64,000 bases of DNA. Source: Schizochytrium sp. TIO01 (Eukaryota; Protista; Bigyra: Labyrinthulomycetes). Where the stretch lies: assembly GCA_004764695.1 (NCBI GenBank), contig SMSO01000031.1:6182761-6246760 (forward strand), written 5' to 3'. The notes under the pieces were generated by a model. It was not told the origin of the DNA, ran no database searches, and saw only the letters and a program-made list of their open reading frames with translations. Shown one piece after another: positions 21,343 through 35,000 of the stretch; positions within the stretch are counted from its first letter, which is position 1, and the number at the start of each line of letters is the position of its first letter. The translations under genes were made by a program, and so were the position numbers.

Positions 21343-22243
21343 GTATTACCGCTCCATTTATTTTGTGTGGGGCCTGCAGAATGTTAAAGTGCTTTATCTA
21401 GCTCGCTGTCAACATGTGGACTGAGATACGTACCTTGCTCGAAAGTGAGAGTCTTCCAATGTGTGTTACTGCTTGAAGAGAGAACTGGGGCGCTTTGTAT
21501 TGCACTTGGATTTTGGCCCCGGTTGCATGACTCTGAGCAAGTAAAGATATGCGATAACCATTCCAAGGCAAATAGTTATCATGAGCAACACCCCATTATC
21601 GACTCGTAGTTCACGTCCATGTGCATGCAGTCTCCAAGTTAGCTTTTTCTTTCCTTTTAAAAGTATCTCAGTGAGCACACATAATCTCTGATGTGATAAC
21701 CATAATAGCCTTCCTTATCGAAAGAGTTAGACTTAATTTAGCTCATGAATATTTTGAACATAGTATCTTACTGTTTTCAATTAAACAGCGGTTCGTTTTT
21801 CATCCAACCTTATGACCCAACTCATGATTTTTAAAACGCGGCTGAAACCAAAATGCAAAGCCCTGGTTTAGGGTGTTTCTTTATTTGTTGCTGTTGCTGT
21901 TCTTCTATCGTTTTATTGTTTCTATTATTCTCTTTCATATAAAGTTAAGTCGATGGAGTATGTGGGTAACCCGCGCTTCATCTTGGGAGACCATTCAGAC
22001 ATACCAACTCTGAGAATAGGCGGTATCCTCTTTTGATAAATAATCCTAATAATAAATACTTTAAAGTAAAACATCGTCACAGTGTATGGTCTTTGAGTTA
22101 AAAAGAAGAACGATCGATATTTTAAGATTGTATCTTCAATGTACTTCGCAGTCGTACTATTAATCATGATAATAATAACCATATGACTTTCAAATTCATT
22201 TTTATTTACTGCGTCATCCAACTTATATGTATAATTTTCAATT

Positions 22244-22337
22244 TAAAAAAAAAAAAAAAGTAAAAACGTTTATTTAAAAAAGTTAAAAAAAAAAGTTTTA
22301 AAAAAAAAGTTAAAAAAAGTAAAAGTAAAACCAAAAA
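22244..22337. repeat. A-rich low-complexity tract
   Basis: Runs of A interrupted by GT/GTT. Confidence 0.85.
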
Positions 22338-22789
22338 GATCATGATAATAAAAGAATATTGAATGAGCCTGATCAACGAAGTCGAAAATTGAAAGGAGTG
22401 GGAAGAAAAGAAAAAACGCTGGGTATGCAGAGATTCCGCCACTGGCGAAGCATGGACGATGCATATGTTGTTTTCACGCCTAAAACTTGTTCGTATGACA
22501 CAGGTTTCCCTAGCCCGAGTTAGCTGGCTTTACGTAAACAACAGATGACAAAGTTCACGACATTTACGCTGGTCTGAGTCGCCGAGTGTTTTGCCATTGC
22601 TGCTGTTTCAACCATCATGCCAAACTTTAGACCACTCGTTTCGACGCGCCGGCAGTTTCGCAACCTCTGTCGATCGATCAGACGAATGCTGCCATGATCA
22701 GGGTCTCCGCCACTTAAGGACGCACTCAGCCTTGCACGACCTACCTACTTTCTAAACAAATAAATAAATGAATGAATAATAAGTTATTC

Positions 22790-22844
22790 ATTCAGGTATC
22801 TTCATGTGTATTCAGGTATCTTCATGTGTATTCAGGTATCTTCA
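22790..22844. repeat. 20-bp tandem repeat ATTCAGGTATCTTCATGTGT, about 2.7 copies
   Basis: Perfect copies read directly. Confidence 0.9.
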
Positions 22845-23761
22845 GCTGACGATCCCAGCAATGGATGCAAACTGCTCGGCGAGCAGTTCAACCCTACAAA
22901 CACCGCACAAGCCTAGGCATCGACTGGCATCGAGCATTACCTTAAGTCCGACCAATACATTTCAGCTCAGCCTATGCACAGCAGGAACAAATACGCGCTC
23001 GTCGGACTCAAGTTGCGCTCGCTCCAACTTCAAGTTCACATGAGTCCCTCTGGCGGCTCCAGGGTCGCCTGAGCAGGTTGTTGAAGGCGCCTTTCTTCTC
23101 ATTCTCAGTTGAAAATCAGGCAAAAGCGTCGCTTCCCACTCCGCTCCACAAGAGCACTCACTCTCGGGAGCTGTCTCTCCAGAGTGTCGCCGCGTTTTGT
23201 GCTTTGTAGTAGGCACCTAGGTGCTCTCGTGCTTCATCTCCAGGGCGCCACAAGCGGGATTCCTGGCCGCAGCGAGCATTCCTGTCGAAAGAAAAGGTTG
23301 CTCAGGTAGGTAGGTAGCGAGCTAGCTAGCTAGCTAGCTGGCTGGCTCAAAGGCTGGCTTCAGGTTGTGGTCCTGCACCCTGAGCTCTGCCCTGTGCCTT
23401 TACGAGAATGCAATGCGGCCACCGCTGAAGCTCGCGAGCTCCGGGCCCTCCTCCCCAGTTGGACCACACGTTAGTCAGTGAGTGAGTCAATTCGTTACCT
23501 TTGTCGTCTGCTGCAAGTTCGCGAGTGTCTGCGGTCGATCGATCGCCACGCCTTAGCTCGCCGTGATGCAAACCAAGAGCGCAGGTGGTGGTCCTTCCTC
23601 TCCTTGAGCCCATAGACGCCAGTGCTGCACGCACACACGCTCGTTCGCTCGCTCGCTCGCATGTACATTAAAACCGCCGCCGCCGTTCCGCGTCGGCGAC
23701 AGCCCGCTGGCAATTAATTAATCCATTGGCGGGGATCGGAGCTCCTCCCCGGCGCTCCTCC

Positions 23762-23793
23762 CGCGCTCGAGCTCGAGCTCGAGCTCGAGCGCG
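23762..23793. repeat. 32-bp perfect palindrome CGCG(CTCGAG)4CGCG
   Basis: The sequence equals its own reverse complement. Confidence 0.9.
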
Positions 23794-23965
23794 CCGATGA
23801 CGAATTGGGTCTCCGGCTTCAAATTCAAGTTCGAATTCAAATCCATTCAGGCGCAGAACGAGGTCTTTCGAGGTGATCGGAACGAGGCCACCGTTGCAGA
23901 TGTCGCTCAGTTCAAATCTGTTCTGCCTCCTTCTTACTAAGCCAACTTAAAAAACTAAAACTAAA

Positions 23966-24053
23966 AAATTCAAAATTCAAAATTCAAAATTCAAAATTCG
24001 AAATTCAAAATTCAAAAAATCGAAATTCGAAATTCAAAAAATCGAAATTCAAA
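23966..24053. repeat. (AAAATTC/GAAATTC)n heptamer minisatellite
   Basis: About 12 imperfect copies read directly. Confidence 0.9.
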
Positions 24054-24205
24054 AGCTCAAATAACTTCTTCGCGCAAAACTCGACAAATTCAAGACCTCG
24101 ACAAACCCGGCGAAAACCCAAACCCAAACCTGGAGCTCGAGTGCTGCGCCTCCTCCCTTTTCCTTCCTTCCCTCGGCCGGCCGTTCTTTCGACGCATTAT
24201 TGCTC

Positions 24206-24332
24206 CTGCATTGCATTGGATTGCATTGGATTGCATTGCATTGCATTGGATGGAATTGAATTGAATTGCGTTGCTTTGCATTGCATTGCATTGCATTGCA
24301 TTGCGTTGCGTTGCGTTGCATTACATTGCGTT
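24206..24332. repeat. (TTGCA/TTGCG/TTGGA)n pentamer microsatellite
   Basis: About 25 imperfect copies; it produces the spurious MQCNA-type ORFs in the track. Confidence 0.92.
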
Positions 24333-25034
24333 GAAGGCGAAGTAGAAGTTGGTTTGGACTCTCGCTGAGCACGGCCTGCAGAAGAAGCGGCGGCGGCGCC
24401 TTCCTTCGCCAGCGAACTTTAGTTGGAGCTTGATTCAGGCGCGATGGCGCTCGTTCGGCGCGAGATATGATGTGCGCTGTCTCTTCTGTCGTTGTCAAAG
24501 CTCACAAAAGCACGAAAAGAGATCGATTAATCGATCGACTTCAAAGCTTTTTCTTTCTTTTTTTCTCTCTTTTTCTCTCTTTATCCCAAACCAAACAAAC
24601 CAAACCGAATCAACAAATGAACGAACACGGGACAGCAAACAGCTCGAGCCACGCTGCAACGAAAGAGCAACGGGAGCGGCGAGTTGGCATGGGAAAGCGC
24701 TCCTCTCCGCGACCAAGCGAGCCCGTGGCCCCTTCAGAAACCCGCACATGCACAACGACACAGAGCAGCGACGCATGTCAAGAAAGTCTGCGCATGACCC
24801 GAAACCAAAACTTCTGACCCCAAATCTTGAACAGTTTGACCTATTTCATTCCATGCATTTTAAAAAATAATCTTAAAAAACAAATTAAAAAATACTTTCC
24901 TTCTTTTTTAATTCACCATTATAATTACAACTAGTCAATCATAAACTATAACATCATAAATTACAGACCATGTTCACAATTAATCATTAAAACCGCCTTC
25001 AAATGACAGTGCGAATCTGAAGATAGAGCATACT

Positions 25035-25100
25035 TACACATACAAACATACATACATACATACATACATACATACATTCATTACATACAGAGAGAGAGAG
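25035..25100. repeat. (TACA)n followed by (GA)n microsatellite
   Basis: Read directly. Confidence 0.9.
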
Positions 25101-25679
25101 AAGGCCTGTTCCGTTCCAGCCGCCCTGTTCTCTTGGGACAGAAGAGAACGCCAGCCGCTCAGGTCCCCCGACCTGGGCGGCGCGGGCTCGAAGACAGCCG
25201 CCAGGCCGCGGCGGGCTTCCAAGATATGGCTGCGATGGATGCGTGCGTGGCAACGTTCGGGCCGCCCCGCCCGATCTCCCCGGGCTCTGCGCGGCTCAGC
25301 CCACGCTCCGCAGGCCTCTGCGCAGCCAGCTCCGGCGCCAGTTCCGGTCTGAGGTGATCGCCTTTGGGAACTACGAGTAACTTCTTCTTCTTCTTCTGTC
25401 TCCTCAGCGCTGCCGTCTGCGCAACGCATTTTGGGCGCCACTGGATGCCCTGCCTCACAAAGCCGACCCCACAGTGCAGTCACGAGCCACTGGAGGATAG
25501 AAAGGAGGGGGAATCCGACTTGGAAGAGGATTTGGGGAAAGTTATAGGGGAGTATGGGGAGGATGGGAGGCAGTGGTAGGGGGGGAGGAAGGCCCAGTGG
25601 AGGCTGGGAGGGGGGGCGCGGTTTGACCTCGAGGTTTACTCTTTGGCTGGAAGAAGAACTTGCAGAGAGGAAAAGGCAA

Positions 25680-25753
25680 AATGAATGAATGAAAGAACGA
25701 AAGAACGAAAGAATGTATTGAATGAATGAATGAATGAATGAATGAATGAATGA
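25680..25753. repeat. (GAAT)n microsatellite
   Basis: Read directly. Confidence 0.9.
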
Positions 25754-26442
25754 AAGCGGAAATGAAAGTGGACAAAAGGAGAACTTGAAGGATTGAGGTC
25801 GCGCGAAGAAGGGATTTGTCCACAGACTCCAGAGACCCCTAGACTGCCGCAAGCCGTGACAGGCCGGCACCCCTCAAGCGCCTCGAGGCCTCGAGATGAG
25901 GCGGCGGCGACGATCGATGGATCGATGGGTCGCTTGGATGGAAGCGGCGGATGAGAGCTCCAACAGGAAAATGGGATTTCTGATTTGACTTGACTCGTGG
26001 AAGTTTCTTTTACTTCGGTTCCTTTCGAATCGGTTTGGGCGACCATAGAAGTGCGTAACCGACTGCTACTGCAACTACAGTTGACCCGTATTACTGTTCT
26101 ATTGTTCAAAAAAGAAAAAGAAAGGAAGAAAGGAAATAAGAACGGGTTGTTGAAGTTGGAGCGGGTTGAGCAGAGTGAGCATCGAGAGCAGATAAAACTG
26201 CAGCAAAGGAGGCGGGAATTGCCAGATAAACTAAACCTGCACAGATGTGGCTTGGCTTGAACATCTCGAGCTCCAGGCAGGTCGTTGGCTTGTTCACGGG
26301 GGAAAGCTCAAGCTTTGGGGCTCGCATTGCAGTGGAAGGCTTCGTTTGGTACGAGATATATGTATAAATATATAATTTTTATTGATTTATGTATTTAATT
26401 AATTATTTATTTATTTATTCTGTAATTGTAATTGTTACGGCT

Positions 26443-26443
<1 letters not shown>

Positions 26444-26479
<36 letters not shown>
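26444..26479. repeat. (AAG)n microsatellite
   Basis: Read directly. Confidence 0.9.
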
Positions 26480-26482
<3 letters not shown>

Positions 26483-27231
26483 AGGGGGGAAATGAAACTA
26501 ATTTGTCGATTTTTATCAAACAGGTACCTAGCCTGGATATTACGAACTATTTATATTTTAAAAAAAGGAAAAGGAAAAAATGTTCAAGTGCTGGAAAGAG
26601 ATTCATTGGAAAGTTGAAAAGGCATGGGATTTGAATTTTTATTTTTTTCTCTTCTCTTCTCTTCTCTTTCTTTCTTTCTTTCTTTCTGTTTTCCGAAGAA
26701 AGAGAAAGTGAAAGTGAAAGTGAAAGTGATTGGGAGATTGGAATTGACAGAAACCAATTCAAATTATTGATTGATTGATTGATTGATTGATTCAATTCCC
26801 CTTCGGTCGTCCCGGCTCGAGTCCAGGGCCGCGCGAGCCCGGGTCTGTTTGTTTATCGGCGGAAGACATCGAATCCAGGGCGCAAGAAACACCCTCGCCC
26901 ACGGCAGAGCCTGTCCCTGCAGCGAGCCAAACAAGCAGCGAGACGAACAACGCGCGACTCTGTCTGGGATCATCACCGCATCGCGTCGGCCATCGGGATA
27001 TACGATCATCAGGAAAGGAGGCCCGAGGATTTGATCTGCGTGGAACCCATCGAGACGTTAGGCAGCTTTTGCGCCGAAAGCCGAGCCAATCGAGGGCTCT
27101 AGGGGCGCAGAGGGGCTCTGTAAGCTAATTTACGCAGCAGCGCTGGAACCCACGAGAGGCTGCAAAGGTCAACATGACAGACCCCAACTCGTCCGAAGAA
27201 CGAGCTTCCTGCAGCAGAATCTTCATTTGAA

Positions 27232-30200
27232 ATGGCCTCCGTTGGCGTAGCGCTCGTAAACCCGACTTCGGGTGCCGTGGCAGATTCATCCGCAAACAGC
27301 TCGCCGCGCATGCCTAGTCGTGGTCAGTCGAGCGAAGATAGTGCAGGTGAAAGCACCGCCCTTCAGGTCAACACTTACAACCAAAATATTGAAAACGATA
27401 CTGAGGAGGATGTGAACCGCAATGGCTCCGTCATGTTTCGAATTCTCAAGTTTCTGAGGCTTGACAGATGCTTAGACAAACCCGTGAGGGTTCCGGGTAA
27501 AGGTGAACCTGTTGGTACGATTTCATTGGATGTGCCACTCACCAAGGCCTTTCTTCGTGAACAGGCCAAGGCCGGTGCACAGCCCCGCAAATCAAATGCC
27601 GTTCGCACAAGTAAATATACACCATGGACCTTTATTCCTCTTGCTGCAGGCTACCAGTTCCGTCGCTTTGTCAACTTTTTCTTCCTTTGCATCGTGGTCC
27701 TGCTCGTTATCGGTAACTGGGACACCGGTCTCTTCCTTACACCTTGGCAAGCAACAGGAACGGCAGCCTACCTCGCCATCCTTGTCTTCGCTGGTATGTT
27801 GGTTGAGGGCCTCGATGACTTGTCCAAACATCGTGGCGATCGCGAGGAAAACACAAAGGTCATTAAACGTGTTCGCTTCAAGGATGGAGCTCTCGTCGAT
27901 TCCACCTGGGGTGAACTCTTGCCTGGTGATCTCGTCATTGTGAACAACCGAACTAGCTTTCCCGCAGACCTTGTTCTTCTTTACGGTACTGCAACAGAAA
28001 AGAAAAATACATGCTATATCGAAACCTCTGGCATCGATGGAGAAACAAATTTGAAAATTAAGGAAGTGCCAACTGCGATCAACCGATACATTCTCAACCA
28101 CCTCGAGGACGCTTGCCTTAACTCACATGAAACTGAGCTTGAAGCTGCAGCCAAGATTCTTTCACGCGTCGCTCGGGGCCACTACGAGTACGAGCAGCCT
28201 AACGCCTTCTTGCAATTCGATGGCGCTTTCAGACCAAGCCGAGTGCAACTAGTCCAGGACAAGATTCCCCTCGAGTTTAAGCACCTCATCCTCCGTGGCT
28301 CCGAACTCCGCAACACCAAATGGGTAATTGGCATGGTTGCCTACGCAGGTCACGAAACTAAGCTTGCCCTTTCCCGTAAGCCCAGCCCTGTCAAATTCAG
28401 CCGAATTGATGTCCTTGTGAACCGTCTCATGTTTACCCTCCTCGGTGTTTATTTCATCTTTGTGATTGTGGCCGACGTTCTTCTCTTTCAGCAAGTTGAT
28501 ACAAGCGAGTGGTGGTACTTTAAATATACTTCTTCGACGCAAAACTACAAGGTATGGGGTGGATTTGCCTTCTTCCTTACCTTTTGCATCATGTTCAGTA
28601 ACTTGATCCCCATCTCCATGGTTCTTATTATTGAGCTGATCAATAAGTTCTCTCAGAAGATGATCGACAACGATGTTGAAATGTATCACGAAGATACAGA
28701 CACTGCTGCGAAGTGCCGTACAGCTTCTCTTTCTGCTGAGGTTGGCCAAATCACTCATTTTTTTAGCGATAAAACCGGTACCTTAACCCGAAATGAGATG
28801 AAACTCGTAGGTTGTTATGTGGCTGGAACTCCATACGGATTTCAGCCAGCGGAGGTTTCTGCATCAGGTCAACCCATCGCTCAGCAGCAGGAGGACCCTC
28901 GCCTCGGAAGTGATATCGAGGTTGCTTCTACAGTCTCGGAAAAGTCTTCAAATCAGCCTCTCGGAGATCTATCAACGGCCGAGGTCTTCAAAGATATTGT
29001 TTCCCTTCTGGAGTATTCCCGTGACTCACCAGAACGTCAAAAGGTCCTTGACCTTTTGGTCTTCCTTGGTGTTTGTCACACTGTCATTCTAGATCAGGAC
29101 CCGGTTACTGGAGTGACTTCACTCAATGCTGAAAGTCCTGATGAGGAAGCCTTTGTGCGTGGCGTGGAAGCCCTGGGCATTCGCCTTCTCCAGTCGAGCG
29201 ATGGTTGCATCCGCATTCAATTGCCAGACGGAGAGGAGGAAGAATATCTTATCGTTGCGCTCAACCCTTTCAACTCTACTCGCAAGCGTATGTCTCTTGT
29301 TGTGGAGCGTTCTGATGGATCCATGGCACTCTTGATGAAAGGTGCAGATAATAAGATCCTCGAACGCCTTGCTCCTGGACAAGAAGAGTATGTACGAGAA
29401 CTTAATGTGCAGCTGTCTCGTTATGCATGGGGTGGTTTGCGGACTCTGGTGATGGCACGACGTGAACTTTCTGAGGATGAATTTTTGGCCTGGCAGCAAC
29501 GTCATCGTGAAGCCTCCGTCGCACCCAGTGCAGAACGTAAAGAAGCTTTGGCTGCAGTAGCTGAAGACATCGAGAGGGACGTGGTCATTGTGGGAGCTAC
29601 AGCCATTGAAGATCAGTTGCAGCTTGGCGTACCTGAGGCCATCCAGACCCTCCGTGATGCTGGTGTACAAGTTTGGGTGCTCACTGGTGATAAAGTCGAA
29701 ACAGCCATCAACATTGGCCTGTCCTCTCGTCTTCTAGATAATAGCATGGATCAACTCAAGCTTATTTCTCGTGAAGAGAGCGTTGTTCTTGCCCAACTTG
29801 ATGCTGTATACGAAGCAATCAAGGAGTGCAGCTCTATCAGTGACGCGCTTAGTAGAAGTGCTGCCTACGACGAGGAAGAAAATGGTGACGCAGCTGCTAA
29901 GACGGTTCAGTCTGGAGAGGAGCATGTGGATCTTGAAACGGGTACTTCTACAACCCCAAACCAAGGTGCTGACTCTGCGGAGACATTAGCTCTCATTGTA
30001 TCTGGTGATGCTCTTGAGCTTTTGCTCGCCCAACAAAAAGGATCTCCTGAACTCGAGGCCAAGTTCCTTCATGTTGCTAGAAATTGCAAGGTTGTTCTTG
30101 CTTGCCGCGTATCCCCGAAGCAAAAATCTCTCATAGTGGAAATGGTTCGCCATGCTCCTGACAATAAGAAGCTTAAGCGCGAACCGATCACTCTTGCAAT

Positions 30201-31435
30201 CGGTGATGGCGCAAATGATGTTCCTATGATCCAGACAGCACATGTAGGAATCGGCATTAGTGGCCACGAGGGCCGCCAAGCCGTCAATAGCTCGGACTTC
30301 AGTATTGCTCAGTTCCGTTTTGTTGTACGCCTAATGTTGGTGCATGGCCGCTGGAACTATCGCCGCCAAGCTACGGTTATTGCCTTTCTTATTTACTGTT
30401 GGTTAATTTACATTTGTACCCTCTACATCTTCCAGGCATATTGCCATTGGTCTGGTCAGCAAGTGTACTATGAATACTTGTATACATTCTTCGCACCTGG
30501 CCTCTTTAACTTCGCTATCATCGCTGTTGGTTGGTTCAACCAAGATCTCTCCCCTTCTTCAATCAAGGACAATCCCTGGGTTTATGAAGTAGGTACCAAG
30601 AATACCGACCTTAACTTGGCAGTCTTTGGCAATGTCATTCTTCGTGCAATCACCCATCTGGTGATTATTTGGATTTTCATCTTCTATGCAATGCCTAGCA
30701 CTATCCCTCAGGCTGTAGTCGGCTCTACTGCTTACACAACCGTGTTTTTTATCATTTACTTTGGAACAGCTAATTGCTGGCGACTATATTACAAGCGGTG
30801 TCGTTCTGGCATTTGGTCTGATCATCTTTGCTTTCTTTGTTGGTATGTCAGTCGTCACTACTCCCGCTTTTATTTGGTATCCCGGCGCGTTCCCTGCTTT
30901 GGCCTGGTTGCAGATTATTATTACCGTCATGGCTGTTCTGATTGTTGATATGACCTACAGCTCTATTCGCAGATGGTACTTTGCAAAGCCTCTCGATATC
31001 CTTATAGAACAGGATCGTGGATACTTGAATGATGTAAAGAGCAAACCACGTGCAATCCGCGATGGTATGAAGGTTCTTCGTCAAACTGGAACACTCATGG
31101 TCTCCCCAGTACCCAAATCTATTGGGGCTATTCGCCGCGCTGCGAACCGACGCCTACGCTCTCAAAACTCATCAGTCGAGACTAACATCCGCAAGGAGTC
31201 TGCAACAGCGCCAGAGAATGCTGGAGACCTTGATGATCGTGAAATTGGTCCAGTGCGACCTGCATTTGTGTATGATGGTGCCGAGGGAACCTCCGATGGG
31301 CCACAGATGGCAGATGAGACATCATCTGCTTCGGGATCCTCTGATGGAGTTCCTCAAAGACGATCGCTTTCAGAACTGGCTGAGGGATCTTCTCGCATGA
31401 AGATGAGTAAGCACAGCTCTCATGCCAAGGAATAA
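27232..31435 (+). CDS. P4-type ATPase (phospholipid flippase); +1 frameshift near 30760-30762; possible true start at ATG 27174 via another +1 error
   Basis: SNAVRTSKYT, IDGETNLK, LRGSELRNT, SNLIPISM, phosphorylation motif SDKTGTLTRN, ESPDEEA, FNSTRKRMS, GLRTL, TAIEDQLQ.GVP, VWVLTGDK.ETA, CRVSPKQK, IGDGANDV, LVHGRWNY. ORF 30761..31435 supplies the last TM helices and tail if one T is removed from TACTTTGGAA. Confidence 0.95.
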
Positions 31436-32010
31436 GTCGCTTCCGACTAGTGCAAGACATGCCGCCTACACGTATGCTTCTAAATAATAGAATAACCTCT
31501 TTATCTTCTTGTTTCCTAAATATGAAGGTTAATTTTTCAGCGTTTGCCACAAAAGACACGTCACAGATGGAATCCAGACTGCGATACAATTGATCTTTTT
31601 CTATGTTGGAGAAAAAGGATTTGGCAGGCTATCAACCAAAAATCAAGAGTGAGTGTAATTTAATAAGCACAACATCAACAAATGATTTCATTTTTATTTA
31701 TCTTTATTTTCTGGAAAGGACAAATATGGACTCGCAACAGTGTACGTGTAGTAGCTTTGTGAAAACATAGTCAGGCAAACATTAACAAGATTGTTGCTAA
31801 CAAAATTAAAGTTCGTCAGCAGTATTCATTACAGAGGTGCAAGCAGGAACAGTAGTAAACACCAGCAACAGCAACATCAAATGTTACCTTTATTCGGTTG
31901 ATACTTTAAAATCCAGTTGACCATGGCCAACGCGCGATTAAGAATAGTTACAGATCAAACAAACACCTGAGCGGAGAAGCAGCCGAAATGAACAGAAGAA
32001 TTCAACAGTA

Positions 32011-35000
32011 CTACTGTAGGCCAAAGCCTTCGGCGTTATTAATTGCGACTAGCAGCTTTGAGCGTACTTTATCAAGAGAAGCGTATTCGGGCAACAGAAG
32101 GATGTTAAAACAGGTTGCTGCAGTGGGGAGTTGATCGGTGTCTGGCCCAGCGCGTTGAATCTTAAGCTGAAAGATGCCTACCTGCAGCTTTGGTGCGCCT
32201 GTGCAAAAACGAAGAAATTCGCGCTGCTGCGAATGGTTCATTTCCCCAAGTACTACCCAAAGCCACTGTACAACAGGTGATCTACTTGTGTAGCCCTCAT
32301 AAGTGGTATTATCACGGATTCGGTCAAGCTCAAATTCATCCGATCCTGTGAGAGCGAGCTCAAGTTCATCTGGACGAGCGAAGAGGTTGAAGGAAGTGAG
32401 ATCTACAGGAATCAGCATATGGAAGCCACGCAAGAGAGGTTCTGATGCAGCTTTAATAGAGTCGCCCAAGAGGTAACGCACATAGCAAGAAACGTACTCA
32501 TGAACATTATCATGGTTGACCCATTTTTTATCACCTCCAGGCACGAGTGGTTCCGGCTTACCACTCATCGTCCGGTGTTCAGGAGCCTCAAAGGTTTCAA
32601 CAAAAACATCTTCAAAGTCAGGACCATCGTATTCAAGCATCTGCTGAAGGCCGTTGGCTAAAACTGGATTGAGTTCAGCTAGATCTCTTAAATCTGGTTT
32701 GCTATGCCATTGACCAAGCAAAAGGCGGTAGAATGCTGGACAAAAGTTCATGTCAATGATGGTATTGTTGTACACTGCAAGACCAAGCAACTGACCTACC
32801 ATGAAGAATGAATCCGGGTCTCTAACAGCAGTAGATAATGGGCCTGTATTGAACCAAAACTCGCCCGTATCCAATTCAGGCCGGAACATACCATAATCTT
32901 CGCTGAAAAGCTCTGCAGACAAGAGCTGGAAAAAATTCCTTTTTCACACCACCTATGTCAACACCTTCTTCGTTCTTGAAGCGGATCATCAAAGGGCGCT
33001 TCAGATCACGAGCAGAAGCTTTGCCAAGGGCTCGCATAGTGTCCTGAAGCAAGTTTGCACGGGAAATCTCCAATATAAATGGGGGAATGCGCCCGTCCAT
33101 GGCAAAAAGAAATGGCATATCGCCTTCACCCACATAAGGACGAACCTGCATCTCTTGATCTTCTATCTTTAAGAGAGTAGTTTTTGTGTCAGGAGATAAC
33201 AAGAAGCTATACTGAAAAATAGTCCACATTTGACCAGTAGCACGACGCTTGATACGATTCTCACGCCATTGGAAAAAGTAAGCACGAAGGAACTCTTCTG
33301 TGTAGGAAAGCAGTGCACGTGTATAGAAAAGCTCATTGGAGATTGGATCTTGCACAATGGTAGGAGAAGCAACAATTGCTTTCTTGGAAAGCGTATTTGT
33401 TCCTCGCATTTGCCGGCGTCGCTTAGCATCTTCCTCCTTGCGTGTGTTATTCATGAGGTAAATGCGTCGAGCAATCAAGCATAGTTGTTTGAGGTTTGGT
33501 GCGGCGACCTTGCGACGGCTCAGGTAGACACTGATGGAATCCACAATACGTGGCACAACATACTGTGCAAGAGCATCCCCTGGGACCTCAAGGAAAATCC
33601 AGGTGTGAAGAAACTTTTGCAGAGAGTTTTGTGGTAGTTTTTCCGTTCCAATTACAAGTCGTTCATGCTCGAACTGTGTAAGTAGAGCAGTTGGTGAAAT
33701 AAACAAGAGCAAGTAAGGGCGAACTTGGTCAGGCTCCATAGCTATAGAAGCCCCTTTAACAAGGGCTCCTGTGATAGGCCGCATAATACTTTGCAAAAGC
33801 CGGCGGGCCGCATCGATATCGCCTATACTATTTTCCTTATTAACAATTGCCTTGGTTACAGCGAGCATTGAGCGAAGCACACCCTCCACGTCAAGACCTG
33901 AACCTAACGCTTTATCTGCACGAGCAATCGCGCGTGAGGGTTTTAAAGACCAAGATAGTTTGGATGCGTGCGCTGTTGGAGAGTATGCCGGGCGGCAAAG
34001 GCTAGCAGAGGCCATGTAAGGGTCTTTAAATATGGTTCTCATGAGTATGAGCGTATCTGTAATATCTCCTGTTTCTAGAGCATGCGAGGCTATATTGTAG
34101 AGCTGCCCAGCAGTCACCCAAGCCGATTCATAGATTCTGTTGTTCAACGCAAGGCGCACTTCGCGTTCAATGACGGCAATATCTGAAGGTGCTGCTAGTG
34201 CGACAACCTGGTCCTCAATTGCAATCAGCGCATAGGCTGATTGCGATAAATCTGAGAGAGTGATGAGGTTTGGTTCAGGTTCATTAGCGATCCAATTGAA
34301 GATCTCACCGTTGGTGGCCAGAAAGGAGTTCATTCCGTGAGCTCCAGCACAGACATGGTTGAGTTCAATTCCAGATTTTTCAAAGAAAGAAGCTATATCT
34401 CCAGAGGCTGGACGACCCTCACCGTGCCACATTACAGCGCTTGGGCGGCCCAGATAGATTGTATGAGCATCTCCACATGCAACAGCATCAACAGCAAAAG
34501 GCACAGGAAGGCGAACTGGTTCTGGACATGATTCAACATTATCAAAACCAAGCTGGCCATCGTAATTTGCCCCGCAACCGTATACCCTGCCCGAGGCTGA
34601 GATTGCAACCCAGTGATGAGCACCGGCTGCAAGAGTCTGCATAGGAATGAAACGGATGGATGTTCCAGCATGTCTAAGCTTGGTCATGCTCTTTTTGTGA
34701 GATATGAAGACTCGTCCAGAAATGCCAAGTGCTACAAGAATCTCAAAGGTGCTGACAATCTGTACAATAGGTTCGCCGCCGGGTACTGAGACCTGCTTGG
34801 CAGCGGTATCTGCACCACAGATCACCGAAACGCAACCATTGGCAGCCAGAAGGCCTACATGTTCCGCGCCGCAAGCAACCTGAACAATATCAGCATTAAT
34901 TTGCAGGAACTCGTTTCCTCCAGTGCCCCAAAACGCACGACCGGATTGTGTTACGCATGCTAGATGTTCTCCGCGGCTGCTTACAGACACAATAGGTTCA

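Noticed and set aside
23966-24053. GAA/TTC array as heat-shock elements
   Set aside because: The spacing is GAA-N-TTC, not the required GAA-NN-TTC.
24049-26109. ORFs of 100-278 aa (MQCNA-, FIHS- and MYVC-rich)
   Set aside because: They are translations of microsatellites and GC-rich non-coding DNA with no protein-like features.
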